Assembly: GCA_051294375.1 (NCBI GenBank)
Contig: CM119269.1
Location: 1,084,958 to 1,148,957 of the forward strand
Source: Paraspadella gotoi
Taxonomy: Eukaryota > Animalia > Chaetognatha
Reading direction: 5' to 3'
DNA length: 64,000 nucleotides
Shown in pieces: positions 12,112 through 25,767 of this stretch. The notes beneath the pieces were generated by a model that was not told where the DNA came from, searched no databases, and saw only the letters and a list, made by a program, of their open reading frames with translations. Position 1 is the stretch's first letter, and the number at the start of each line of letters is the position of its first letter. The position numbers and the translations under genes were made by a program.

Positions 12112-15100
12112 TCAGCCCTCAACTGCCACGTCGTTGGATGTGGGGGCTCCCTCCAATCTGCTGACCGCCAGGAGCATCAGTCTGAGGATGCTAATTAGCG
12201 TGACTGGTTCCCGGATATTCATGTCATCAAGGACAGCTGCTATTAGCCTTTGGGCATTTTCGTTGCCACAGCGTCATCACCATCAGCTCGAAAAGAAGGC
12301 AAACCAAACCCGTAACGAGTCACGGGTGAAGGGCGCCTCTGCCTAAAGCGGATAGCGAAACAATGCACTCTCCGGACAATTCCGTCAAGCAGGCTCGTCT
12401 CTTCAACTATGCGCATATGTCCAGGCGTCTCTCGCGACAATCTCGTTCACAAAACGAGTACAAGCATCTCCCAATAGAGAGATTGTGCGCCCGCGACATC
12501 CAATTTCCTGGCCGTTTCTGCAAATCTCGGAGATACTCAATACGCCATCTGCTTCAGAAGGAATCGACGAAGAGCTCTGGCGACTGGTTCATATAGTCTT
12601 TCTATAGGGCATGCACCTGACTTCGCCTGGTGGAACCAATCTCCGAGGATGAGAGAGCAGGAACGTTAGGATGGAGAAAGTCATTAGGTGTAGAGCCCAA
12701 CGTGTCGCTAGGGATCCGTCCGATGAGTGTCCCCATAGTGATAGGATCGCCGGGTTGAGGATGCCGACGCGACCACAGCTCGAACATAAGGGTGGTATTG
12801 AACACCGTCAGGCCGCAGATCATGGAAACCTCTTAACCGATCAAGAGGCAACCACATGCCCTCCTGTACATGACCTCAACCTCAGATCCCACACTCCACA
12901 CTGGTGCGGTGAGCATGAGGTGGTCGCTAGTTAAAGCGGCCACAAAAACCGCTGGGTTGCAAGTGCTGGCCGTCTGCAAACAAGCCTGACGCTTCTCAAT
13001 ACTCTTCCTGTCAACGTCCACACCAGGCGGATGCGGCCCCTTGAAAGTGTTGTGGCGCAATCAGAAACATGTTTGACGGGGACGTCCTCTGGCTGCAGTC
13101 GGCGTTACAAGCCCGGCGGCAGCAACGCCAGAGATGGAACTGTCCGTCTCGCAAGGTTCAACGCCTCAAGTGAACAGCGCGAGTCCGGAGACAAGTGACG
13201 AAAGCCTGCCACCAGCATCTTTGTCAGCTGCTGACGACACGCCAATCGACAACCGGTAAATGGGAACGCAAATGGTCTACACCGGTAGAGAGGAATTGGG
13301 AGGGGGGCGGATGGCCTCGGTGTCACACGATCGGTCGAAGCGGTGCATTTATCCTGGTCAAGGGTTGCGCTCGGCATCTTTCGGCAATGAAAACAATGCC
13401 TCTCAAGTTATCTGGGTGCAGAGCGCGCCCTAATGATCAGAACTTAGACCGAAGGTTGAGCCAGTGGCCTCCACCCAATCCATGCGCCAATCTTCATGAT
13501 ACTTCTGAATAGGTTCCTTGACAAGATGGTGGGACGACTGGGAGCAATGGGTGCTAGTCTGGATACTCCTCGTCCGCTCTGTGTCAAGTCTGCCCCACCC
13601 TAAGGGGTGCCGCATCATCCAACAAGGGTCAAGCTTTCTCAGAGGCGAATTCCCCGATCGGAAGCTTCGGTCCTCGGCATCTCGTCCGAAATCGCCCAAA
13701 CGCTTCAATTCTGCAGAGAATGAACTGCTGCTGCAATAACCGGACCAGGTCACCTCAGCACGCTCAAGGAGATCAGAGTATGCGAGGAACCTTGAAGAGG
13801 TGTCCGAAACGCTGCAAGATTGAAATGCGTCGAACCCGCTCGTTTTCCATGTTGAAACATTCCTCAAAGAGCGGTCAACAAAGTCCATCTTCACAAGCAT
13901 AGTAACATTAATTGTACTTCTGGCACGACAGGTAACTTTCTTCGGGCTCTGGGCGTCAATACTGCTGCCCTGGCCAGCACTCGGGCAACTCTCGAGAAAC
14001 TGGGACCTGATGGAGTTGGTCCCCACTTCTCTTCTCATGCAGCCCTCAAGACCCCTGGAACAACATGTCAGCTGGATTAATCCGTGGGACATATCGTCCA
14101 CTGATCAGCTGCGGCCCTTCCGGCAGGATTCTTTTGTGACGCAGATTCGCATAGAAAAGCCTTAAAACGTCTCTGTATTGGCGAATCTGTTTCAGGACTG
14201 CCACCACTTGAGAATCCGGACCACAGAGTCACTGATCTGCTTCTTCATCGAGTTCTTGTTTCTAGCAGACTGTAGAGGTGGCAACCGCCACCCTGCGCAG
14301 CAGTCAATTCAAGACGCGGGAGTGTCTCCTACAGCCTTGTTTCTCTGATTAGATGGGTGCCAGTAGCCCTCGATCGCGAGTCACAAACACATATGGACTT
14401 TGGCCAGTGACACTCACAAAGCGAAGATAAGCACCGCACCATAATCTTCCATGGAGGCACACCAAACCAGGCTGGGCTGGCCTGTCAGCAACCACTCCAA
14501 ACTCGGATGGGAAGATGGTATCTCCTGAGCCTTAATTTTTCCAATCTGGGCACGGAGAGCTCCCATTCGCATGAACAAATCTAACTCATCTTGGGCCAGG
14601 ATCATCCCCATATTGCACCCTTCTCACACATGAGCGCTGGGAAGTATACGCTTTTGGCAAAAAGAGGCAGGAAGGACGATTCTAGAGGTCATACAGGGAT
14701 GCACCACACCCATCGAACTGCCTCTAGTCCTCAACTTCTCACCCCCTCCTAAAGGGTGATCCACCTTAAAGCCAAATCATCTTGCCTGATCATTAAGCTA
14801 ACGCCAAGGGCCTTTTGTCCCATCAAGCTCATCAGGATTCCTTCACCTCTTCAGGGTATGATGGCCCACAATCTCCAATCGCCTGCCGACCTCAGGGGTC
14901 ATCGATCGCCATTGTGTGGGAGTTGAAACCCACCAGGCGGGCAAACGAACTCCTGCAGGTTCCAATGTGAGCTTCTTTTAGCATCTTCAAACCAGAATGC
15001 CTATTCGACCATGTTCATAATGTCCATTCCGGACAGAATACAAGTCCGCTTACTGCGCGTCAATCGGGTCGACAGGGATGGTATTTGTCACGACGTAGCG

Positions 15101-17676
15101 GTAGGCCAGGTAGCTTAACCACAAATGCACAGCAGATGGGAAGGGCTTTAAACCGAACACAGGTCAGAGGACTTGTGAGGGTCCAAGGGCTCGAAAAGGG
15201 AGACCTCAAAATCACGCTCAAAGGCAAACCTCAAGCTCCCTGTGCGGGGAAGGTGGAAACCCTCACTCTGATGAAGAAACCTTGTTTCAACCGCTAGGAT
15301 GGCCCGGCTCAGCACTATAGGCTTTTTTCCCGATAAGCGCAGCCCACATGATGCGGATATATAAACGATTGCTCGTTCACAGTCCCGTCGCGGGAATGCG
15401 CGTTGAGAGGTCGGGCACCTGGCCGGCCCATGCTGGATTGGACCGTGCCATGAGCTGACTATTCAAACTTACTCTCTTACTTCGAGCATTTAGCATCATG
15501 GGCAATTCCTGACCTTCCCAGGCTTATTCAATCTCCTACGAACGAAGGCATATGGGCATTGTCCAGATTGGCTGAAGAGGATCAATGAAAAACTTCTGAG
15601 ATCTCAGAGGACGACTCTTCATCAAACCGACTCTTTGACAATCCCATCACTATGTCAAAGGCTCACAGAGGATCGCGAAGGCATTAGGGGTCAAATGGGC
15701 TTTTTTTGATTCTTCGCTCTCTTAATAGCGCAATGCACGGATGGTCAACCTTAGAAGGTTTCATCCGCAGGAGAGCTTTAGGGCCCCTTTCCATATGGGG
15801 AGAGGGCACCGAAAATGCCCATCACCATTTCAACATTGATTGCCTGAAGACTTCTTCAGCTGCCAAATCATCTCTAGAATCGACACCATTCCTGTCTCAT
15901 GAGCCAACAGGTTCACCAAATCCACCAGCTCTGAGCAACAGAGACTGTCTGCAACCACGGTCGAGAAAACAGCTTTCCCTGACTCCAGAATCACATTGTC
16001 CAGCAGCGTGATAATGGCTGGACAAAAAGACAGGCTGAGCCGGGAGAGGTTTAGAGGCTCGACCAGAGGTAAACAGTCCAAGCCTCCAGATCAGCGCGTC
16101 TTCAGCGCTGTCAGGCCGACTTGGCTCCATGCTGACACAGAGGTAAGAGGGCTGCGGATACAGCTGCCGGGCCTTTATCGGTCAGGTTGCAAGCCGGAAG
16201 TCCATATACAGCGCGAGCCTTCATCAGCACCCCATGAATTCGCGCTGGCGATTCTGAACATCCTCAACAGCAGAAGAGCTGGAGGATTCATACTCTCTGC
16301 TCACACAAATGTTAGGGTTTGAATCTATCTAGCTCACGACAACGTAGGCGAGCAGAGCCATCGGATTGTCCATTGTCAGGCGTAAGTTGGTGCGACATAG
16401 TATGTGTGCCAAAAATCGCCACTCGCCATGATCACAATCATCTCATTCTGTCACGTCATAAAGGCCACCTCATGGACAGATGCGGAAACTTAGTTAAATC
16501 TATCTTAGGAATTGAACTCCGATCGGCCTGCTGGTTATATCACATGCCAACGACGTAAGGAATGCCACATACCTCACGTGTAAGCATCTATTGGATTCCA
16601 AAGTAGATCAACCTGATACTCTTTCCTCCACAGCTGTGGAGGCCAGAGTCGCACTTGCATCTCCACAGTGAAGTGCTTTCAAATGCAACGTCCTCACCAA
16701 CCTTCATACTGCGAGACAGAAAGGGTAGCGGGAGTTTAATGCCGCAGATATCCAACAATGAGGTAAACTTCAAGTTAGCTGTCGAGACCGTTGACCACGA
16801 ACCGCTACGTCGCTATTCGGACGAATAATGCTGGAGATGAAGCCAACCGTGGCGGTGCGTCCTAGAGACCTGGGGCGGGTTGAGCATCAAACGGAAGGAG
16901 CTCGTGTGGATGTAGATCTGATTCGCGAAGGTAACATCTGCACATCGTCCTTGGGAACACGGCAATGCTGGTCGCCACGTGTGTCGCTGCGAGCCGCAGA
17001 ACATCGCGAGCTACGCAGCCGTCGTCCATGTGCTCCGACATCTGGGAAACTCGTGTCAGACACGATTTTGATTTGAACAAAGGAGACATCAATAATATTG
17101 GTGATTCATGTTTCTTTACATACTGTGACAGAGGTACACGGAATCTTCCCCATCAATTTGGCCACAAGCAGTGGAATTCAGTCAATGCGCAAGGTGTATT
17201 GCTGAATGGGGCCGGTTTGAATCTTTGCTCTCTCGCAACTGTTTTCCCTGACTGCGTCGCTGGCTTTAGGGTCCCACGGCTGTCTTAATCTACCTTAAGC
17301 CACCTAGCAGTTTGGCTGAAAAAGATGCTTGGGCTCGCTTTGGGGACTATCCCAGCAGGTGTACAGGAGTGTTTGATCAGTTTGAGCAGTTAGAGCAGCA
17401 GCCCTTGGCCTTGCAGATGGGGGCTGCTGGGCTTTGCAACGCTTTTACGTTGACGCCAAAAGGAGCATTCCTATCGTCGAAAGCTCCTGTCATGATAGAG
17501 AAAGGAAAGTAAAAGCAGCAAACCCAGCTATAACGATTCAACCTGTGACGTATTCTATGGTGATACTTGTTCGCTTAGGACACGAAACACCAGCATCTCT
17601 ATGAAGGGGACGCTGTGTAGTCTTTCGATGATTTCTCCGGCAGACGTCTAATGGAATCAAACTCTTATATCATGCA
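12112..17676 (-). pseudogene. Large frameshift-disrupted intronless coding region (>1800 codons); tentatively negative-strand RNA virus L protein-like
   Basis: Successive minus-strand ORF fragments (e.g. 13430-14101, 14414-14611, 15830-16081) and a clean terminal peptide ...NENAQRLIAAVLDDMNIREPVTLISILRLMLLAVSRLEGAPTSNDVAVEG* ending at TGA 12112-12114. Weak motif-like peptides appear in L-protein order (see findings). No intact GDN motif is visible. Confidence 0.3.
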
Positions 17677-18193
17677 TGAAGGATATTGTACTTGTCTCAA
17701 TTTATTTCCACTCAAAGAACCGAAGTATCTGATTCTCAGTCGATCCGAGATTAAAAATGTTCACGAAACTTTTCGGCTGGCTAATGCGGGAGTTCAAAAA
17801 AAAATCATTTTGAAATTTGATGATTTTAGAAGGATATTACTACAAAGAAAATAGATTTTTACTAAACTGTTAATAAAAATTTTTAAAGGATTTCAAAAAT
17901 TTAAAGGCAAATAATGTTTCAATCGCTTCAATCTTTTCATCACTTCAAACGAGTCCCTCGATTTCCCCCCAAAATTATGATAACCCCTACCAGGTCCCCG
18001 ATGCCCCCGTCTCTAACCCCCCCCCCACCCCCGCACTTTCCCGTTCCCCCTTTCCCTCGATCCCTTTTTAGAGACGGGGAGATTATTTCATCTCCCATTT
18101 GCCTCCGACGAAGCTTCGACTAAAAAAAAAAAAAAATCCCCGACGCCGAAGTGGGGATCGAAAACTTGATCCCAAAGATTCGAGCGGAGATTT

Positions 18194-18247
<54 letters not shown>

Positions 18248-19670
18248 GTCTCTCTCTCTCTTCTCCGCCGTCTTTTTGAATGGAGTTTCTAGCAAAGTCA
18301 GTGATGGCATCTTTTTAATGGGCTCCCTGATTGACTCGCCCGGTGGAGCCGGAGTTATTTTTTTTCTCTCTGATATATTTCTTTTTGAAAGAAGCAAGGT
18401 CTTTTTTCTTTGACTGGGTAAATTATCTCGGATTGGCGAACTTAGAACGGAAAAGAGCAAGAACGTGTAATTTAAAAGCAGCTTAATTTAATAAAAATCA
18501 GGATAAAGCATCATAAGCGAAAAATATTCGTTAAAAAAAACTTTTTTATGATTTTTTTTTCTTTCGTTTCATCGAAGTTTTCTCGTCTGACTGAACAAAC
18601 TGACCCTCAACGGAATTTGAAAAATGGATATTCTGACCGAAAAGATCTTTGAGCATATTTGAAAAATCGTATTTTCCGGATGATAAAACCCGATGGCATC
18701 CTTTCTCTCTGTCTTCGCCGGGTCCCCTTTAAAGTCCAGGTCAATGTTCCCTTTAATGCCTCCATTAATCTGCCCTTTATTGTCTTGTCAATGCTCCTTC
18801 TCCCTTCCGCCCTTTCATCTATGGTCTTCTTAAACTGCCGACAACGAAGCCCCTCTTAATCCTTGCTTTTTTATCTGCTCAACGGAGATTGAACGTATTA
18901 TAAATCTATGTGCATTTAGTATAATCTAAGACTAAGGATATATAATCTTCGTAACACCTACTTTCCATTTTGGGGTCTTCAGTGAGTTCAGTTCAGCTCA
19001 GTTCAGTTCAGTTCAGTTCAGTTCAGTTCAGTTCAGTCAGTTCAGAAATGTTAAAATTACAACATGTTCTTTTTATAGACTGATAACGTTTCCCAATAAG
19101 TCTTTAATTAACCTTTTTAATGTTCACCAGCTTAATGTCCTTAGGATTGGATTTTCCATCAATTTATACATCCTTATCGACTAAGGAAAAAGCAAAGGAC
19201 ACATGAATTTTCTACACCAAAGGCCTTGAGTTCCGTCCCCGATGTTAACTACTCTGGTTTTCGATTTGATTTAAGGTCACGGGATTTTATCATTTATTGA
19301 ATTGAGGACAGAAAATAGTTCTTGCGAGAAGCGGTTGTTGTATTTTTCAATACCTTAACGATATAAACAGGAATAAAAAGAGCAACAACGACGACGACGA
19401 CGACGACGAGACAGCCAAGATTCCCGGCCTGCAAATGACAAGGGCTGACCCTCCCATAAACGAAGGTCGAGCGCCCCCTGCCCTCAAAATACGCAGTAAT
19501 TCATTCCTTTTTTTACGAATAAACAAAAATATATGAAAAGAAAATCAATTTTCTCTTTGCGACGCCAACTCNNNNNNNNNNNNNNNNNNNNNNNNNTTTC
19601 AAGTTTGTTTTCTCTCTCTATTGATTGTCCTTGCGCCCCTCCCTTCTTAAAAAGAGAGAGAGAGAGAGAG
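17677..19670 (+). repeat. Direct duplicate of host region ~7056-9030
   Basis: Starts at tgaaggatattgtacttgtctcaat (=7056), is co-linear through the (AGTTC)n and (GAC)n tracts, and continues across the 25-N gap 19572-19596. Differences are mostly small indels. Confidence 0.9.
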
Positions 19671-19671
19671 A

Positions 19672-21392
19672 GAAATCTCCGCTCGCAATCTTTGGGATCA
19701 AGTTTTCGATCCCACTTCGGCGTCGGGGATTTTTTTTTTTTTTAGTCGAAGCTTCGTCGGAGGCAAATGGAGATGAAATAATCTCCCCGTCTCTAAAAAG
19801 GGAATCGGAGGGAAAGGGGGAACGGGAAAGTGCGGGGGGGGGGGGGGGTTAGAGACGGGGGGCATCGGGGACCTGGTAGGTTATCATATTTGGGGGGAAA
19901 TCGAGGACTCGGTTTGAAGTGGATGAACAAGATTTGAGCGATTGAACCATCATTTTTGCCTTTAAATTTTTAAATCCTTAAAATTTTATTAACATTTAGT
20001 AAAAACTATTTTCTTTGTAGTAATGATCCTTCTAAAATCATCAAATTTCAAAATGATTTTTTTTTTTGAACTCCCGCATTACCACGAAAAGATTTCGTGA
20101 ACATTTTTAATCTCGGATCGGACTGAGAATCAGATAGTTCGGTTCTTTTGAGTGGAAATAAATTGAGACAAGTAACAATATCCTTCAAACGAACGAATTG
20201 ACGGAATGAAGCTCGTGTGTTTTTAAATTTGCGCCGCGAGTACCCGCGGAGCCAACTCCTATAAAGTCGGTCGGTCTGCCGGTCGGTCGGGTCTGCCGGT
20301 CGTTCGGTCGTCGGTATGTCTCGCTGCGGTCTGTACTAGCTTTCGTTAAAAATGCATAATATTTGCCTATAGTTGGTTGCTCATTTGTTAAGACAGAAAA
20401 AACACTCAAATTAAGGGACTGCGAGCGCCGCCTTCAGAAATTCCTAAAACTATAAGGAATAAAAAGATGGAATTTTATGGCAGTCATGTCATAACTATAG
20501 CGGGCTAGAGATTATTAAACAGTCATGTCATGAGAGCAGTCACTGCGGCGCAACACATTTGTTTATTACATTTTTTTTGTTTTTTTTTTGTTTGGTAATC
20601 CTTTTCTTTTTTTGGTTTGGATCGATATCTCTCCGCGACCAGCGCACAAAGCGATGGAAGAAAGTTCGATTAATTTTCCTGACCTTCCTCCCGCCATCTG
20701 GCGCGCGAGAGGGAACCCCACTGTCGTCGAGAATAAAACCAATTTCCCTTTCGCGTTTATTCATAAATAAAACCGTCGGCCCAGTTGCGATTTCGTCGCG
20801 CCCGATCGATTCCGAGTTAAAGCTCACTTCCGGTTTTGCGCCAGCTGCGTCGAGATGTCGCCAGCGTTTCACAGAAAATTTATATAAACTTTGAAAAACA
20901 AAAGACTCGCGATTTCGTCCGTTAACAGTGGCTACGGAGTCGATTAAAACTTGAAGTCATCCTGCGCCAAGTTTTTATTAATAAAAAAAAAAAGACTTGT
21001 CAATATGTAATAATTAGAATCGTCAATACATATGAATTTTTCAAACCTTTATAAACCTAGGTGGCAAATAAAGAATAACTAACAACGGTAATAATACAAT
21101 CAAAACCAACGTATCTGACGAAAACTAAGGGACACAACTGCTTTTTTAATACCCGTCATCACAGGTCCTCTAATGCATCTTTGGGGGATCAGTGACTTCA
21201 GTGAAGACTGCGACTTTCTGAACTTTTGCTCCCTCGAAATCGCGATCAATCGATTCATGAGTCTTCTATCGACCTACACTCCTTTTTCTTCTTTTTTTCT
21301 TTCTTTTTTTTTCCTCCTTTTTTTGCCCGCGTCCATTCAGGGTCGAAAAAAGCCGCCATGATAATATTCTTAATCACAGAGGGGAAAAAATA
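19672..21392 (-). repeat. Inverted duplicate of ~5835-7573
   Basis: Reverse complement matches from gattcgagcggagattttc (~7556-7574) back to tatttttcccctcgtgattagaattattatcatgg (~5835-5870); noisy indels. Confidence 0.9.
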
Positions 21393-24259
21393 CATCACTC
21401 AAACACCCCTTTGCTCCACTCAATCGCTCCATCAATTCATTCCCCATATATTCGCTTTTGTCCCGACCGGCCTTCGTTTTGCTCCTTTGTTCAGGCTCGC
21501 TACTGTCTGGCGCAATTTGCGGCCAAAACCTCCTCAGTCGTAAACCTTCGCTCTTTTTGCGACATTCCCTCATATTCTCTCTTCTTGTATCCATTGCCTC
21601 CGATTCCCCTCTTTCCTTTCTTCTTTCTTTTCTCTCTTCTTATCTTTCCTCTCTCTTCTCCTCTTTTCTATCTTTTTTCCTTTCTCTTCTCCTCTTTCCT
21701 CTCTCTCTTTACTTTCTTATCCTCTTTCCTCTCTCTTCTTCTATTTCCTTTCCTTTCCTCTCTCTTCTCTTTTTTTCTATCTTCTTTCCTCTCTCTTCTC
21801 CTCTTTCCTCTCTCTCTCCTCTCGTCTCTCTACTTTCATAGAGAGCTAGGTTTGTGTGTGCGTGAATCGAAGATTTGGAGTGAGCGTGAACCATATGCTT
21901 CGGAGGTGGAAACTCGAGGCGCCAAAAAAAAGAAAACAAAAAAGAACAAAAAAAGAACAATAAAAGAGAGAACTACGCAAGATAATCATGTTGCTGGCGT
22001 TTCTTTCCTGATTTTTTAAATTATTCATGATTCACCAGTTATTTTTTTTAAGAAAGAAAAAAGAAAACACATAGATTATTATTCCGGTTTCTTAAATAAG
22101 AATTGATAAACTTTGGCCATCCGATCGGAAAACGTCGAGAAAACGTGATCAAAGAAAGAGAAAGCTTGTGCTTTCAGCAGTGGACGGGAAAACACTTGCT
22201 CTCTTCTCTCGTGACGCAGCGAAGAGCAACTGCCTCTCTCAACTCGCTCTCCACGACCGGGGAGAAAATGACTTGGTGTTGTGGAGTAGGGAAGCACGAA
22301 ACCGCGAGGAGATAATCGCTTTAGTCGCTTTGGCACGCCCGCACATGTTTTTCTCAACTCTCTTCTCTCTCGCTCGCTCCTCTGTCCCACGCTCGCGCTC
22401 GGTCTGTCTCGCTCCGGTCACCTCGCTCGCTCACGCTCCGCGCTCTCCACCTTCACTGTTTAAAATGCAACATAATTTCGCCTTAAATAAGTTCGCTCGT
22501 CTTGTTTAAGCCCACACAAAGAAAACCATCACACACTCTAGGACTGCTACCGTCCGCGCCTCTCTGCACCAAACTCGCCTAAAACTATAAAGGACCACAC
22601 ACACGCGCGTGATATCCCGATAACGCAGTGAGATGTCATAAAATCACCACAGGCATGCGTAGGAAAGTATTGTAAACTCCATCGTCCATGTCGCTCAATG
22701 TCACGTGAAAATAAAGTCACGGCGAGCGGTCCAAGCACCACTCTGGATCCACCACCGCACTCTTGTTTTCCCTCTCACTCGACCCGGCCCCGTTTACTGT
22801 CAGTGAAATTTTTTTCTTGGTCAGACATTGGAGATCGAATCGTCGCAGGCGCGAGAGAAGGAAGAGAGTCGCGCACTCGCGCGCTCGCACGCTACACCAC
22901 TCACTGTCATCACCGCCGGGTGAACACCTAAGGACACGGCTAGGGAGAGGACCGATTGAGAAGGTTACACGGATACTGTGATCGATCTTTTTATGCTACT
23001 ATCTTTTTAGGAGGAAGCCCAATAAAACGCCCTCCAAATCTCATCTACTACTCTCCAGTAAAGGCCTCTCTCGTAGACCCCATTCGCGCTCCATACTCTT
23101 CACAACAACACAAGTAGCCAGTCACACACACCACTCATCACTCTATCTCTACTCACGAATGCTTGTATACCAAGACCGTACAATTATATCAAAACAGATC
23201 GTAAAACAGAAAGATCTAAAAACAATCACCGAAATGCGCGCTCCAGAGGCCAACGCTCATTACATAAGCCACCACTCACAACCGGCAGCACAACACGCTC
23301 ACACAAGCCGCGGCAAGAAGGACAGGACGCTGAACAAGGCACGCTGACACGCGCACCCCGCAGACCACACCAGTCTGCGCCAGTCGCAAGACGCACAGGC
23401 GCCACCCACACCGCTCGTAGACTGCGTACTCGTGACAAACGAGACCGCGTGATTCAAGGAATACGGAGTTTTTTCTTTTTTTCATTTTTTTTTGCTCCGC
23501 TCCGTCTTAGTTAGAATCTCACAACCCCACTTTCACCCCGACTTGCGCATCATCCTCCTTCCACACACACACGCTCCTCCTCAAACGTTAAAATTAGAAA
23601 ATATACTTTTAGTTTTTGGGTTGGGTTTTTAAAAAAATTAACAGTTACCGAAGGTTTAGGGTTTAAAGATCTCAACCGCCCTCATCACAGCGCATTAACG
23701 CTCACTCCACGCGCCATTGGGTTAAAATTTTTGGTCACACACACCGCACACGCGCTCTCACACGCACACTACGCCTCGCTCTCACATCAAGCTTCACAGG
23801 ATTAAACTTACACAGAACAAAAAATGGAGCAGCTTCCGTTAAAATTGATCGAAGCGATCTTCCTTCTTTCCATTTTTTATCGATTTGTTTAACTTGTCTT
23901 CCAGCTTATTACCTCTATTCTATGTTTTTTTTTTTTGTTCTCTGCTACTAGAACTGATGTTTCCACAATGTTTCTCTCTCTCTCTCTCTCTCTCATCATC
24001 ATCTCTCTCAATCATCGCTCTCGCTCTCTCATCTCTCTCTCTTCTCTTTCCTATCCTTCTTCCTCACTCTTCTTCTCTTTCCTCTCTCTTCTGCTATTTC
24101 CTCTCTCCTCTCTCTTCTCCTCTTCCCTTTCCTCTTTCTTCTCCTCTTCTGCTCTCTCTTCGTCTCTCTCCTCTTCTCTTTCCCTCCCTATCGAATCTTT
24201 TAACGATGCCGAACATTTCTCTGAATTTTAATTCCAAATCATTTTCATGCCATTTCAAA

Positions 24260-24313
24260 AGACGACGACGACGACGACGACGACGAGACCAACGTTCTCA
24301 ACAAGCCCTTCGC

Positions 24314-24343
<30 letters not shown>
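24260..24343 (+). repeat. (GAC)n microsatellite; others at ~8779-8804, 9216-9244 (GTC), 32509-32554, 42885-42929, 45877-45927 (GTC), 50382-50467
   Basis: Directly visible trinucleotide runs. Confidence 0.9.
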
Positions 24344-24344
<1 letters not shown>

Positions 24345-25729
24345 TTCAATGCCAACGACGACGTCAAAATCGGCGACGTGCCACTCTTGACGTCGGGTCA
24401 TTCGCTTTGGGGAAAAAAAAAGAGGAGAGAAAATGAATTTGATTTTCGCTCTCAATTTTTTATCTTTATTTTTTTTTCTTTATTCTTTCTTTTCATCAAC
24501 CGAGATTTTTTATTGTTTTCGATTTCAATGAAAATTTAGCTTTTTTTTTTCGTCCCTAACTGACACCGAAAATGCACCCAAGTCATTTACAACCCCCCGA
24601 CCCTTCAGATGGCGCATTTGGGTTTCAATCGTGAGTTTATCTTTTCCCCTTTGACCAAAAAAAAAAAAAGAAGAAAAAAATGGTTCCGAAATTCCACCGA
24701 GAAAAACCAAAGAGGAAAAAAGCTTATAAATTTGTTAAGTAATAGTAAATACTATAAAACTCGGTATTATAACCATTAACGTATATATAGGAACTTAAAA
24801 AGTACGCATGCCGTCGAGGCATCGGGCACAACTCAGATATCCTTCGCTCGTCTTTCGTTTCGCCCAGAATTTCATTCTTTTTATTGTAGCTTCATCCACG
24901 ACTTTANNNNNNNNNNNNNNNNNNNNNNNNNNNNNNNNNNNNNNNNNNNNNNNNNNNNNNNNNNNNNNNNNNNNNNNNNNNNNNNNNNNNNNNNNNNNNN
25001 NNNNNNNNNNNNNNNNNNNNNNNNNNNNNNNNNNNNNNNNNNNNNNNNNNNNNNNNNNNNNNNNNNNNNNNNNNNNNNNNNNNNNNNNNNNNNNNNNNNN
25101 NNNNNNNNNNNNNNNNNNNNNNNNNNNNNNNNNNNNNNNNNNNNNNNNNNNNNNNNNNNNNNNNNNNNNNNNNNNNNNNNNNNNNNNNNNNNNNNNNNNN
25201 NNNNNNNNNNNNNNNNNNNNNNNNNNNNNNNNNNNNNNNNNNNNNNNNNNNNNNNNNNNNNNNNNNNNNNNNNNNNNNNNNNNNNNNNNNNNNNNNNNNN
25301 NNNNNNNNNNNNNNNNNNNNNNNNNNNNNNNNNNNNNNNNNNNNNNNNNNNNNNNNNNNNNNNNNNNNNNNNNNNNNNNNNNNNNNNNNNNNNNNNNNNN
25401 NNNNNNNNNNNNNNNNNNNNNNNNNNNNNNNNNNNNNNNNNNNNNNNNNNNNNNNNNNNNNNNGGAAGGGAAGGGGAAGGGGACTCGAGAGGACTTTCAG
25501 GAAAGGGCATTCAAAGGGGAAGGCAAGAGACTGGAGGAAAAAGTTAAAATGGAAAAAGTAATGGAAAATATATCGACGTTGGATTTTATTTTGGAAAGCC
25601 TTTTCTCTTTGCATTCTCTCTTTCGCTCTTTCTATCGCTCTCACTCTGTCTCTCTTTTAACCGGCATATCTCGCTTTCTATCGATCTCGCTCTCTCTTTT
25701 CTTAAAAAAATGTGTGCGAGAGTGAAAAT

Positions 25730-25767
<38 letters not shown>

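Larger units (their letters stand above)
11170..17676 (-). mobile_element. Compositionally foreign ~6.5 kb island; candidate endogenous viral element (or chimeric/contaminant read)
   Basis: Abrupt loss of homopolymer and microsatellite runs and a shift to balanced base composition. Sharp right junction at 17676/17677, where host sequence equivalent to 7056 resumes. The left junction is approximate. Confidence 0.55.

Noticed and set aside
12265-12292. ADGDDAV as a +ssRNA/dsRNA RdRp motif C
   Set aside because: No motif A or B upstream at suitable spacing, and it is in a different frame from the terminal peptide; likely chance.
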